Part shown: positions 38,452-46,432 of the stretch, piece after piece
Layout of the letters: the number at the start of each line of letters is the position of its first letter
Position numbering within the stretch: the first letter of the stretch is position 1
Notes under the pieces: generated by a model
Told to the model about the DNA's origin: nothing
Databases searched by the model: none
The model's input: the letters and a program-made list of their open reading frames with translations, nothing else
Made by a program: the position numbers and the translations under genes
Source of the DNA: a virus
Lineage: Duplodnaviria; Caudoviricetes
Reading direction: 5' to 3' (one strand)
Length of the DNA stretch: 56,414 nucleotides
Virus record (IMG/VR): IMGVR_UViG_3300024180_000007
Coordinates: 1-56,414 of that record

Positions 38452-40863
38452 TTAAAAATCAAAATTACCGTTAGTTTCTAACTCATGTTTTGTTCTAAAA
38501 CGTAACCATCTACCTACAGAATCTCTATCAGCTTCAGGCTTACAGTCATACTTATACATTGAGTATGCTTCCAACCATTTGTTAAACTTAGTTCTTGATA
38601 CAGTCATTTTAGATTTAGGAGCAAAATCAGGATTGTCTTCTACAAAATCTAAATACAAATCATTTTTATAAACCTTGTAACCTTTTGCTAACTTTTCATT
38701 TATGTTGTTAGTTCCAATCAATCCACACCACTCTAAAAACTCATGACAGGTTGCAGCTGATAGCTGTCTGATTTTTAAGTTTACAAACTTTGATTTAATC
38801 AGTCCATGCATCATGTATTGTTGTAGGCATCCAATCATGTAGTTATCAAACTTACACCACTCTTCATCATCCCACTCTCCAAACATAAGCTTACCAAATT
38901 CTTTTAATGGTGTTAAATCTTTAGTGTAGTATTGTGCTAACTCCAGCTCCCACTTTCTCCTGGCAAAAGATGAACCTTGGCCTTTGATAGCGTAGTTAGT
39001 TGTGATAGCAATTTTAGGAGACTTACTAAATGGTATCTTTATAGCATCTTTGTTCTTTTTCTCCAACACCAATCCCTCTGTTATAACACTAAACAATCTT
39101 TCAAAATCAAAGTGCTTTTTAACATCATCAAAACATAAAACCTGTGTGTCAACGCTAACAGTCTGATAAGCAAAGCTTTTCTCAAAATTAAAAGACTTAC
39201 CATCTATAAACACTAATTTCTTCATGTGGCTCAGTGCATTCATAAACAATCCTTTACCTGTTCCTCCTTCAGGGTTGTCTGATATAACCTCATCGTTTAA
39301 AATGACAGCTGGACAGTAGGAAAGATTCTTCCACTGGTGTAGAAGATAACCTATTGTAGATTTCATAGATTTTATTCTGCTTTCATCCTGACCACATATG
39401 TTAGTAATGAACTGCTGGTAGTCACATCCATCTCCATCACATAGTTGAAAATTTCTGTCAATAACATGATCACTCCAAACGTATCCTCCCAAGTCTAAAT
39501 AATCAATCCTTGTTACAGAGTCATGCTTGACTTTGACAGCTCCGTTTTTATAGTACAAGTATGCAGTATCTTTGTTGTCCTCTATAAAGTACACATCTAT
39601 TGAAGATAGTAAAGTAAGAAACTCCTCTCTAAAATAACGTGTGTGTTCAGCAAAATAATTATAAACTGACAGGTCATCCACCTCCAGCAAATAATTAAGA
39701 ATAAAATCTTTTATTTCTTTTTCTGAAGTATGGTCTATTAAGTTGTTTGTCACTTTTACAAACACGTAATTTTTACTTCCTTCAGGATTAAATTTAAAGA
39801 ATCCATTTTCTTCTAAAAATTGTTTAAAAAGAATGTGTACTATTTTTATAACACCCTTATCGTTTTTAGTCCAAAACTGATTGTTTGCATTTTCTTGGTC
39901 TAATCTTGATATGACATTCTCTATTGTCGTTGGTTCTACATCAGAGTTCTCAAGCTCAACTCTGATATCTTTTTTTGACACACCACGTTTTAGCTTCATT
40001 CTCACATTGTTAACCTTGTCCTCGTCTTCGTAGTACTTAGTTCCGTGATTATGCTTCTGTGAGTATGCACTGTCTATAGTTCTTTTAATCTCTGATATTG
40101 TAAATGTTTTTGTTCTGTAGTTCATTAGCTGTGACTCAGCTAAAGACTGATAAATTCCAAAATCATTGAAAGCTGCAGCCAAAACATAAGCGTTGTTGTT
40201 TCTCTCCCCTTCATTCATAGGAAACTTTTTGGTCCACCACTTTACAAGTATATCTACTATCTTGTTCTCATCTGTCAAAGGGATGGTTGGTATATCTGAG
40301 TGCTTATTTATTTCTACATACTCTTGCTCTTCAATTTTATCCCATAAACTTGATTGTGCATTGATATGAATTAGTGGGTCATAAGACTCATAGCAGACAC
40401 GTGAGACATTTTTACAGGTCTTGTCAAAGTATTCGCTATCAAAGTAATTTTGAAGGCTTAAAAAGTAGCTTTTATGATTGTCTTGAATAGGTGGTATTTT
40501 TACCAGTGCCTTTAATCCATTTCCACTTGGAGAAATAAATACAGAGTACACATATTTATCTTTTGATAGTCTCTCTTTTTCTTGCAGCAAATCTCTGTTT
40601 GATTTGTAACCATCAAAATCTAAGCAGATAAATCCACTGTGTTCCTTTAACGCATTGTCAGCTCTTTTAGAAAACAAGCCACTGAAACAAATTGCTGGTA
40701 ATTTTTGCTTGAGAATGTTTCTATTTTCCTTGTCTTTCTCTGCTCGTATCTTTTTTACTATATCTTTTGAAGCTCCGTCCTGTATTCTTGTAAGTATTAA
40801 ATTTATGTTTCTATAGAAGGGCTGAGATGTCTGTTTTATGTCTTTAAATATTGTAATGTCCAT
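38452..40863 (-). CDS. Primase-helicase (VirE-N/BT4734-like primase, PriCT, SF3-type helicase)
   Basis: LPAICFSG, HSGFICLDFD, FISPSGNGLK, GERNNNAYVLA, GGTGKG, LCFDD, ITTN. Confidence 0.88.
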   Translation of the reverse strand: MDITIFKDIKQTSQPFYRNINLILTRIQDGASKDIVKKIRAEKDKENRNILKQKLPAICFSGLFSKRADNALKEHSGFICLDFDGYKSNRDLLQEKERLSKDKYVYSVFISPSGNGLKALVKIPPIQDNHKSYFLSLQNYFDSEYFDKTCKNVSRVCYESYDPLIHINAQSSLWDKIEEQEYVEINKHSDIPTIPLTDENKIVDILVKWWTKKFPMNEGERNNNAYVLAAAFNDFGIYQSLAESQLMNYRTKTFTISEIKRTIDSAYSQKHNHGTKYYEDEDKVNNVRMKLKRGVSKKDIRVELENSDVEPTTIENVISRLDQENANNQFWTKNDKGVIKIVHILFKQFLEENGFFKFNPEGSKNYVFVKVTNNLIDHTSEKEIKDFILNYLLEVDDLSVYNYFAEHTRYFREEFLTLLSSIDVYFIEDNKDTAYLYYKNGAVKVKHDSVTRIDYLDLGGYVWSDHVIDRNFQLCDGDGCDYQQFITNICGQDESRIKSMKSTIGYLLHQWKNLSYCPAVILNDEVISDNPEGGTGKGLFMNALSHMKKLVFIDGKSFNFEKSFAYQTVSVDTQVLCFDDVKKHFDFERLFSVITEGLVLEKKNKDAIKIPFSKSPKIAITTNYAIKGQGSSFARRKWELELAQYYTKDLTPLKEFGKLMFGEWDDEEWCKFDNYMIGCLQQYMMHGLIKSKFVNLKIRQLSAATCHEFLEWCGLIGTNNINEKLAKGYKVYKNDLYLDFVEDNPDFAPKSKMTVSRTKFNKWLEAYSMYKYDCKPEADRDSVGRWLRFRTKHELETNGNFDF

Positions 40864-41037
40864 TTTATGTCGATTTAATGTCGTTTTAATTTTATCTATT
40901 TTACTGATATTTAACTATTTATATTATTTAATGTTGATAATGTTAATAATAATGTTAAAAATATAGATAAGTAATAGTTGATTTAATTTTTTTATTATAG
41001 AGTCCAGTATAACCCCTTAAAAGTGACATTCGTCACA
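40827..41037. repeat. Iteron-like ATGTC/ATGTT array with AT-rich core (copy 1; candidate origin)
   Basis: ATGTC at 40827, 40838, 40856, 40867, 40878; ATGTTGATAATGTT at 40931; inverted GACATTCG at 41025. Confidence 0.55.
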
Positions 41038-41046
41038 GTTTGAAGC

Positions 41047-41070
41047 AAAGAAAAGGGGCAAAAGCCCCTT
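41047..41070 (-). terminator. Intrinsic terminator after putative SSB gene
   Basis: Minus strand AAGGGGC-TTTT-GCCCCTT followed by TTCTTT. Confidence 0.75.
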
Positions 41071-41090
41071 CGTCTTATCGCTCCGTAAAT

Positions 41091-41342
41091 TTAAAAAAGG
41101 TCATCGTCTTTAGCTTCAGCTTTTTGTTCTGGCTTAAATGTATCAATGGCCACATAGTGTGTCTTACCATACTGGTCTACCTCTCTCTTTTTTTGTACAA
41201 TAAGTTTAACATATTTCTTGTCATTGTACTCAAAAATAAACTCTTTTGGAAGATCAGATAAACATACCGATACAGCCACTTGGTCTCCATCGAACTTTGA
41301 TTTTCCACTTCCTACGTAAATTTTGTCTTTTTGTTCACTCAT
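41091..41342 (-). CDS. Putative single-stranded DNA-binding protein
   Basis: Small beta-rich protein with acidic/aromatic tip DDDLF, next to recombinase and exonuclease genes. Confidence 0.55.
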   Translation of the reverse strand: MSEQKDKIYVGSGKSKFDGDQVAVSVCLSDLPKEFIFEYNDKKYVKLIVQKKREVDQYGKTHYVAIDTFKPEQKAEAKDDDLF

Positions 41343-41343
41343 T

Positions 41344-41526
41344 TTATTTAATTTTAATTGTTCGCTCCATATGGTTTAATGTAGATAACATAATTTTATT
41401 TTTCTGCTCTACGCTGTCACAGGACATTGGAACTTCTATCCACATAACAGTTTCTTTTGGCGTTAACTTAAACGGACTACAGAGTCTGTCTATGTATGTA
41501 CGCATTGATGTCTTCAGTTGATTCAT
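41344..41526 (-). CDS. Hypothetical protein
   Basis: Fills the gap; start probably ATG 41526. Confidence 0.5.
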   Translation of the reverse strand: MNQLKTSMRTYIDRLCSPFKLTPKETVMWIEVPMSCDSVEQKNKIMLSTLNHMERTIKIK

Positions 41527-42217
41527 TGCTAAAAAATTTAGTGTAAACTTCAACAGCTCTTTCTACCTTTTCCTGTCCACCACTTAAAAAAGTAGAAGAA
41601 CAATCAAAAATACCGAGTCTTCCAGTTCTCTTGTCAATAACAAAAAATACAAGGGGCTTATTGAATAGTCTCTGATAAATGTAAGCTTGACTGTCATAAT
41701 TATAAGTCTTTGCACTGTACATAAATTTATCAATATCAGAACTTGTTTTAATGTCAATAATTAACTCGCTGCCGTTGTTTATAATATCAGCTTTTCCTTT
41801 CCAATCTAAATTCATTATTTTTTGAATCTCAGGAACTTCAAACTGATTTCCTTCCTCATAGATGAGGTCACACATCTCCATGTTAGATGTCATTTTAGTA
41901 CACAGGAAATCAAGATGCTCTTTCTCTTTTTTAAGTAAAAGCATTTCTCCGACTTCAGCTTCCTTCTCTTTATAACGCACAGTGTTACGTGACGCTACAT
42001 CAACAACCTGAAAGTCATCTAACTTGTGTGGCTCTAAGATTTTAGTATGGAAGTATCTGCCCTCTAACATGGGCTTTGTAAATTCAGAGCTAACTCTAAA
42101 TTGCGTAGGATTCTTGAGCAGCTTACCTATATCAGAGTTGGACAGGTATTGTTGTCCGAACTCTCCATAGTATTTGCTGTCATCCTCAAGAGCCTTGAGT
42201 ATATCTGCTTTAGTCAT
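41477..42217 (-). CDS. PD-(D/E)XK exonuclease (RecE/DUF3799-like)
   Basis: YLSNSDI, GRYFHTKILEP, KGKADII...IIDIKTS, YNYDSQAYIY. Confidence 0.82.
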   Translation of the reverse strand: MTKADILKALEDDSKYYGEFGQQYLSNSDIGKLLKNPTQFRVSSEFTKPMLEGRYFHTKILEPHKLDDFQVVDVASRNTVRYKEKEAEVGEMLLLKKEKEHLDFLCTKMTSNMEMCDLIYEEGNQFEVPEIQKIMNLDWKGKADIINNGSELIIDIKTSSDIDKFMYSAKTYNYDSQAYIYQRLFNKPLVFFVIDKRTGRLGIFDCSSTFLSGGQEKVERAVEVYTKFFSNESTEDINAYIHRQTL

Positions 42218-42836
42218 TCTTTATATTTTTTTTGATTTCAGTCTTAACCTTGGCACTAATCTTATACTTGGTCTCAAGATTCTTTACTATCGTAGCCAAT
42301 CCTAACTCTTTGTTTTTAGAAACATAAGTCAGCACCTTGCTCCAGTTTGTATCTCCAATGTTAAGCTCGTATGTAGTTACAGTTTTTTTATCACTGGCAC
42401 TGGCTTTTACTGGTGCTTTTGCAATATCCTGTCCTGTAGTTTCTAATAGGTCCTCTCCAGCATACAAACTTAATCCAAGTCCATGCATAGCAATTGCTTT
42501 TGCTGTTGCTCTTTGAATAGCTGTGTTAACGTCCATAGATGTAATCTTGTCAACTGTAATAGACTTGTTTCTGAAATCTTTAATTGGAAGATAATCAATA
42601 TGTTCAATACTGTTGACTACTATTCCAACCTTTACATATCCTGTAACGCCATCAGTGAACCAGTTTAATCCAGTCTCAGGAGATTCGTATACATTTCTTT
42701 GTGCATCGGAATGCTCTAATTTTAGGTATGCCCACGCATTTGCCCATGATAGGTAATCGAGGTTACCTTTTTTTTCTACCTTGCTCTTTACATTAACTGC
42801 AACAAGCTTTTCAAAATAACTTTGTTTTGTACTCAT
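42210..42836 (-). CDS. Sak/Rad52-like single-strand annealing protein (DUF1071)
   Basis: VEKKGNLDYLSWANAW, LPIKDFRN, NTAIQRATAKAIAMHGLGLSLYAGEDL. Confidence 0.85.
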   Translation of the reverse strand: MSTKQSYFEKLVAVNVKSKVEKKGNLDYLSWANAWAYLKLEHSDAQRNVYESPETGLNWFTDGVTGYVKVGIVVNSIEHIDYLPIKDFRNKSITVDKITSMDVNTAIQRATAKAIAMHGLGLSLYAGEDLLETTGQDIAKAPVKASASDKKTVTTYELNIGDTNWSKVLTYVSKNKELGLATIVKNLETKYKISAKVKTEIKKNIKND

Positions 42837-42847
42837 TTGATTTTAAT

Positions 42848-43246
42848 TTAATTAATAATTGATTTTAATTTTAACTGCAGCTCTGCATACTTATTCAAAG
42901 CTACTTCTCTTCTATTTTTTAAGTTCTTAATATGCTTATCGTTTTTCCGTGTGTTCACTTCATTCTTGATTTTTGTTTCAATAAGGTCCAGCTTGTGCAG
43001 ACAGTTTGATATGCCTAATTTTACACAGCCCACGTTCCAACCATTTTCATAGAAATAAGAATATTCTATTGGTGTACACTCTTTATAATACGAACCTCCT
43101 TTACCAGTATTTAGTATTTCGATTCGGTCACTAAATTTTTGAATCTTCACACCTCTTTTTATAACATTAAAACCTACAGGCTGGTCACTTATAACTGCCT
43201 GATTCTGTTCAGATGCTTGATGTAATATTTCTTTAAGACTGTACAT
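42848..43246 (-). CDS. Hypothetical protein
   Basis: Packed ORF with C-terminal coiled coil. Confidence 0.6.
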   Translation of the reverse strand: MYSLKEILHQASEQNQAVISDQPVGFNVIKRGVKIQKFSDRIEILNTGKGGSYYKECTPIEYSYFYENGWNVGCVKLGISNCLHKLDLIETKIKNEVNTRKNDKHIKNLKNRREVALNKYAELQLKLKSIIN

Positions 43247-43247
43247 T

Positions 43248-43541
43248 TTACTTTTTTAATATTTCTGTTATAAAGTTTTGAAAGTCAGCATCCCCATCAA
43301 TCAACTCTTTAGCTTTCTTGTAGCTGTAAAGAATATTGGAGTGCGTCACGGCATGTCCGTTCTCTTCCATAAATCTTTTTATGTAGGAAACTCTAATAGG
43401 TCTCTCCATACATAAATAATAAAGCAGCTGCCTTGCATCTACAATGTCTCGTCTTCTGTTTTTTGTAAACATATCATCTAATGTGATATGAAATTTTTTA
43501 GCTATTGCTGTAGCATAAACATCAAATATGTCTCTCTTCAT
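43248..43541 (-). CDS. Second DnaA domain IV-like HTH protein
   Basis: FHITLDDMFTKNRRRDIVDARQLLYYL...HSNILYSYKK. Confidence 0.72.
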   Translation of the reverse strand: MKRDIFDVYATAIAKKFHITLDDMFTKNRRRDIVDARQLLYYLCMERPIRVSYIKRFMEENGHAVTHSNILYSYKKAKELIDGDADFQNFITEILKK

Positions 43542-43793
43542 CTATTGGTTTTTTAGTTTGTTTAATTCAAAATTTAAGTGATCTATAGCTTTCTGAATAT
43601 CCTCGTTTGGAGACTCGTGCTTTTTGTATGCTCTCAAGATATAAGTACATGCAGTTCCAAGGTTGTAATTTAAATCAAAATTGGTCACTACGTCTATAGC
43701 TTTGTAATTATTTTTACCATCGTAGTACGATGGCGTTTCAACCTTCCCTTGGTCAGAGCTGGTGGTGGTCCAGTATTTTTTGTTTATATCCAT
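43542..43793 (-). CDS. DUF3310-like phage protein
   Basis: PSYY...AIDVV...NYNLGTACTYILRA.KK...EDIQKA; start reassigned to 43793. Confidence 0.75.
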   Translation of the reverse strand: MDINKKYWTTTSSDQGKVETPSYYDGKNNYKAIDVVTNFDLNYNLGTACTYILRAYKKHESPNEDIQKAIDHLNFELNKLKNQ

Positions 43794-43805
43794 TTTCGTT
43801 ATGTT

Positions 43806-43842
43806 TTGTACCACAAAAACCCCCATGCGTAAACATGGAGGC
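43806..43842 (-). terminator. Hairpin + U-tract + GTGGTACAA element (copy 1)
   Basis: CCTCCATG-TTTACG-CATGGGGG-TTTTTGTGGTACAA. Confidence 0.6.
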
Positions 43843-43880
43843 GATTGCTTGAATCAACTACAATTCAGATTAATGGCTAA

Positions 43881-44054
43881 CTATATTCCCAGTGGGTAAT
43901 CATCTTCTACTTCTTCATGCTCAACATCGATTGTGTTTTCTTCGTCATCAACATTGTTTATTATATTGTGACACATAGCCATGTGGATAGCGTTGTTTCT
44001 TGTGATAGGGTCGCTTGGGTCAAACGACTCGAAAAGTTTTTGTAATATGCTCAT
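43881..44054 (-). CDS. Small acidic 57-aa protein (not in ORF track)
   Basis: MSILQKLFESFDPSDPITRNNAIHMAMCHNIINNVDDEENTIDVEHEEVEDDYPLGI*; promoter and A-rich leader upstream. Confidence 0.6.
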   Translation of the reverse strand: MSILQKLFESFDPSDPITRNNAIHMAMCHNIINNVDDEENTIDVEHEEVEDDYPLGI

Positions 44055-44084
44055 AATTTGATTAAATTTTAATTATACTTGGTT

Positions 44085-44094
44085 TGTAAAGGTA
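44085..44094 (-). promoter_or_regulatory. Variant -7 element TACCTTTACA
   Basis: Intergenic, 30 nt upstream of ATG 44054; same TAnnTTTACA form at 47458 and 50635. Confidence 0.5.
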
Positions 44095-44128
44095 CTATAA
44101 ATATGTTATAACTCCACTATGTTTTTGG

Positions 44129-44172
44129 AAAAAGATATGACACCATACCTAAAAAGATATGATGCCGTACCC
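44129..44172. repeat. 22-bp tandem direct repeat
   Basis: AAAAAGATATGACACCATACCT / AAAAAGATATGATGCCGTACCC. Confidence 0.8.
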
Positions 44173-44184
44173 AAAAAACGCTTG

Positions 44185-44787
44185 TTACGAATTAACAACA
44201 GAATTAGTTTCTAACACCATATCTATGAATTCTTTTATGTGTCTTTCCTCTGCATAATCATGCTCTTTCATAGCGTGTTCTAACTCCTCTCTGTCGGTTT
44301 CATCCTCGAAATTGTATTGCAGATTTTCCATCCAAGAATGAACACAATCATGGTATCTGTACTCATGATAAGTCATTTCTTGATGTTCTACTGTTCCAGT
44401 ATGATTGAATTTAACTGTACCAGCAAAATCCTCTCCACACTCTTCATATTCCATCTCAGCTGTCAAGCTGTAGTGCTTACATATCTCTTCAACTAATGTT
44501 ACTGGTGGACTCCATGCACTGTCTCCAGCAACAGTGAAAGTTTCCTCATCATCACATGGATAATCATCTAAGTCGAAGTCCCACCAGCGTGTTCCGTAGT
44601 GGTAAAAATCTTTATACTTTTTTGCAAGCTCCTCTTGAGTAACTCCAATCTTACCCTTGTCCAGTACGAAGTCTCCAAACTCTACGAAGTAATTGGTTTT
44701 ATCATACTCCTTGAACTTGTTTCTTAGTTTTTTTAATGCAGCAGCGTTTCCATTAAACGTTACGTAATTCCAACAATTGTTTGCCAT
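44185..44787 (-). CDS. YubB/DUF1281-like ferredoxin-fold protein
   Basis: MANNCWN, YGTRW, DSAWSPP, YEECGEDFAG. Confidence 0.72.
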   Translation of the reverse strand: MANNCWNYVTFNGNAAALKKLRNKFKEYDKTNYFVEFGDFVLDKGKIGVTQEELAKKYKDFYHYGTRWWDFDLDDYPCDDEETFTVAGDSAWSPPVTLVEEICKHYSLTAEMEYEECGEDFAGTVKFNHTGTVEHQEMTYHEYRYHDCVHSWMENLQYNFEDETDREELEHAMKEHDYAEERHIKEFIDMVLETNSVVNS

Positions 44788-44821
44788 TTTTATTTAATTT
44801 AAGTTATGTGACTTATGTCGT

Positions 44822-44861
44822 GAATAGGGAGGAATCGAACCTCCCAAGCACCATGCTATTC
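44822..44861 (-). ncRNA. 40-nt tRNA-like minihelix (copy 1)
   Basis: GAATAG-CATGGTGCTTG-GGAGG-TTCGATT-CCTCC-CTATTC. Confidence 0.6.
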
Positions 44862-44866
44862 TTTAA

Positions 44867-45232
44867 TTATTCTGCTGGTAGCATCACTGTAATATTATTG
44901 TCCTCTACAACAATAGTACCTGTGTCTCCCCACTCTTCTCCTCTCCATTCAATCTCTCCAGTCAGTTTCAATCCCCATCCTTTGAAGATGTACTTGATTA
45001 CGTACTCTAACCACTTTACGTACTCGTAGAATTTTTCTCCACCATCCCATTCTAAGCGATATTCTCCGTTCTGCTCTATAATCTCCCACTGCAGCCATAT
45101 TGATGGCTTTCCGTTTGGCTGGTAGCCATCCTCGTGTCGCTGATTAGCAAACTTTTCGTATGTCTCAACCATGTCCTTTGTTAATGGTTTATCAAAATTT
45201 AAACTGCCTCTAAAATCTGTACTGTATCCCAT
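44867..45232 (-). CDS. Hypothetical phage protein
   Basis: MGYSTDFRG...WDGGEKFYEYVKWLEY...GEIEWRGEE. Confidence 0.72.
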   Translation of the reverse strand: MGYSTDFRGSLNFDKPLTKDMVETYEKFANQRHEDGYQPNGKPSIWLQWEIIEQNGEYRLEWDGGEKFYEYVKWLEYVIKYIFKGWGLKLTGEIEWRGEEWGDTGTIVVEDNNITVMLPAE

Positions 45233-45242
45233 GTCTATTTAT

Positions 45243-45377
45243 TTAAGTTAATTTGAATATTATTAATGATATTACTACTCCTAAGATTCCAATAAATATT
45301 GCAATCATGCTGTCGCTGTATTTTCTATCAGAACGTCCTTGTCTTGAACGATACTGTCTTGGTTTTTTATCTTTCAT
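45243..45377 (-). CDS. Small 44-aa membrane protein (not in ORF track)
   Basis: MKDKKPRQYRSRQGRSDRKYSDSMIAIFIGILGVVISLIIFKLT*: basic N-terminus plus one TM helix. Confidence 0.6.
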   Translation of the reverse strand: MKDKKPRQYRSRQGRSDRKYSDSMIAIFIGILGVVISLIIFKLT

Positions 45378-45380
45378 AGC

Positions 45381-45614
45381 TTACTTGTTTTTGATTGCAC
45401 TACGATTAATAAAAGTCACTATTTGATTCAGCTCATAAATCTCATCACTACCTATTCTTTGACTCCAGTCCAGTATTCCTTTGACTGCAGCTCTGACTTC
45501 ATTTAAGTCTTTACGTAATGATTTTACTTTCTTTTGAGACTCTAAATAGTCTCCCATTAATTCAGTGATTCTGTTGAAATCTCTGTCTTTTTGTGTTTCT
45601 TGATAACTGCTCAT
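45381..45614 (-). CDS. Hypothetical coiled-coil protein
   Basis: ORF with the shared TAACTTAAAT leader. Confidence 0.6.
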   Translation of the reverse strand: MSSYQETQKDRDFNRITELMGDYLESQKKVKSLRKDLNEVRAAVKGILDWSQRIGSDEIYELNQIVTFINRSAIKNK

Positions 45615-45645
45615 TGTATTAAATTTAAGTTATGGCATTATTGCC

Positions 45646-45684
45646 TTGTACCACCAAAACCCCACTCCGTTTTGGAAGTGAGGT
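45646..45684 (-). terminator. Hairpin + U-tract + GTGGTACAA element (copy 2)
   Basis: ACCTCACTTCC-AAAAC-GGAGTGGGG-TTTTGGTGGTACAA. Confidence 0.6.
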
Positions 45685-45709
45685 AGGGGTGTTTAGGGAT
45701 CTGTGGATT

Positions 45710-45934
45710 TTACTCTTTGCTCTCTGTTATAGCTTGCTCAATATCATCAATTGTATTTTGTGAAATCATGTCCCATATGCATACTCCACAGTGCGTGATA
45801 GATGTAATACTTATCTCAGCTGGACTACCACAATAGTCGTGAGTCTGAGGTTCAGCGTGTGCATACTCATAGTATACATCAAGCTCTATGTCATCCACTT
45901 TGTAAGTGAATATTTCGTCATTCCAAATGCTCAT
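45710..45934 (-). CDS. Small acidic hypothetical protein
   Basis: ATGA overlap; EPQTHDYCGSPAE. Confidence 0.62.
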   Translation of the reverse strand: MSIWNDEIFTYKVDDIELDVYYEYAHAEPQTHDYCGSPAEISITSITHCGVCIWDMISQNTIDDIEQAITESKE

Positions 45935-46182
45935 AAAAGATTGTTTAACTGGTTAATACTATCACTGAAATCTACTCCAGCAATCACATTTGATTTTGGC
46001 TCTTCACATCCTTCCATTTCCATCCACTGGTCATAACTCCTGTAGGTTGTACGCACATAAATAATAGACTCTAATGACTCTATACTTGTGCCATTGATGT
46101 TGCACACTAATCGCATTTCTTCTTCGGTTGCGATGCTCATGACATCTTCCCATACTTGATTGAATTTATCTATCTTCCCCAT
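45931..46182 (-). CDS. Hypothetical protein
   Basis: IATEEEMRLVCNING...IIYVRT.Y. Confidence 0.62.
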   Translation of the reverse strand: MGKIDKFNQVWEDVMSIATEEEMRLVCNINGTSIESLESIIYVRTTYRSYDQWMEMEGCEEPKSNVIAGVDFSDSINQLNNLL

Positions 46183-46337
46183 TTTGATTTCTTGTGTTTT
46201 TTGTTAGACTTCCAGTAGTTGTTCTTTGCCCATTTTTTTTTGGCTTTAGAGGTCTTGCATCCTCGTGATGATGCACAGCTCGTTAACGTGGGTGTAGCTA
46301 TAAGCATACACATCACAAACATTAAAATTTTCTTCAT
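46170..46337 (-). CDS. Small basic lipoprotein
   Basis: MKK, hydrophobic core, lipobox LTSC; start reassigned to 46337. Confidence 0.68.
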   Translation of the reverse strand: MKKILMFVMCMLIATPTLTSCASSRGCKTSKAKKKWAKNNYWKSNKKHKKSKWGR

Positions 46338-46375
46338 AATTGTAGTTTTAAATATCTGCCAATATTGGCATTGAT

Positions 46376-46415
46376 ACTGGAGAAGGAATCGAACCTTGCT
46401 TACAACCATTCCAGT
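46376..46415 (-). ncRNA. 40-nt tRNA-like minihelix (copy 2)
   Basis: ACTGGA-ATGGTTGTAAG-CAAGG-TTCGATT-CCTTC-TCCAGT. Confidence 0.58.
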
Positions 46416-46432
46416 TAGTCGAACAGCGTGTG

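Noticed and set aside
44129-44178. CRISPR array
   Set aside because: Only two abutting units, no spacers and no cas genes.
44822-46415. tRNA genes
   Set aside because: T-arms are present but there is no D-stem, anticodon arm or CCA. Reported as tRNA-like elements instead.
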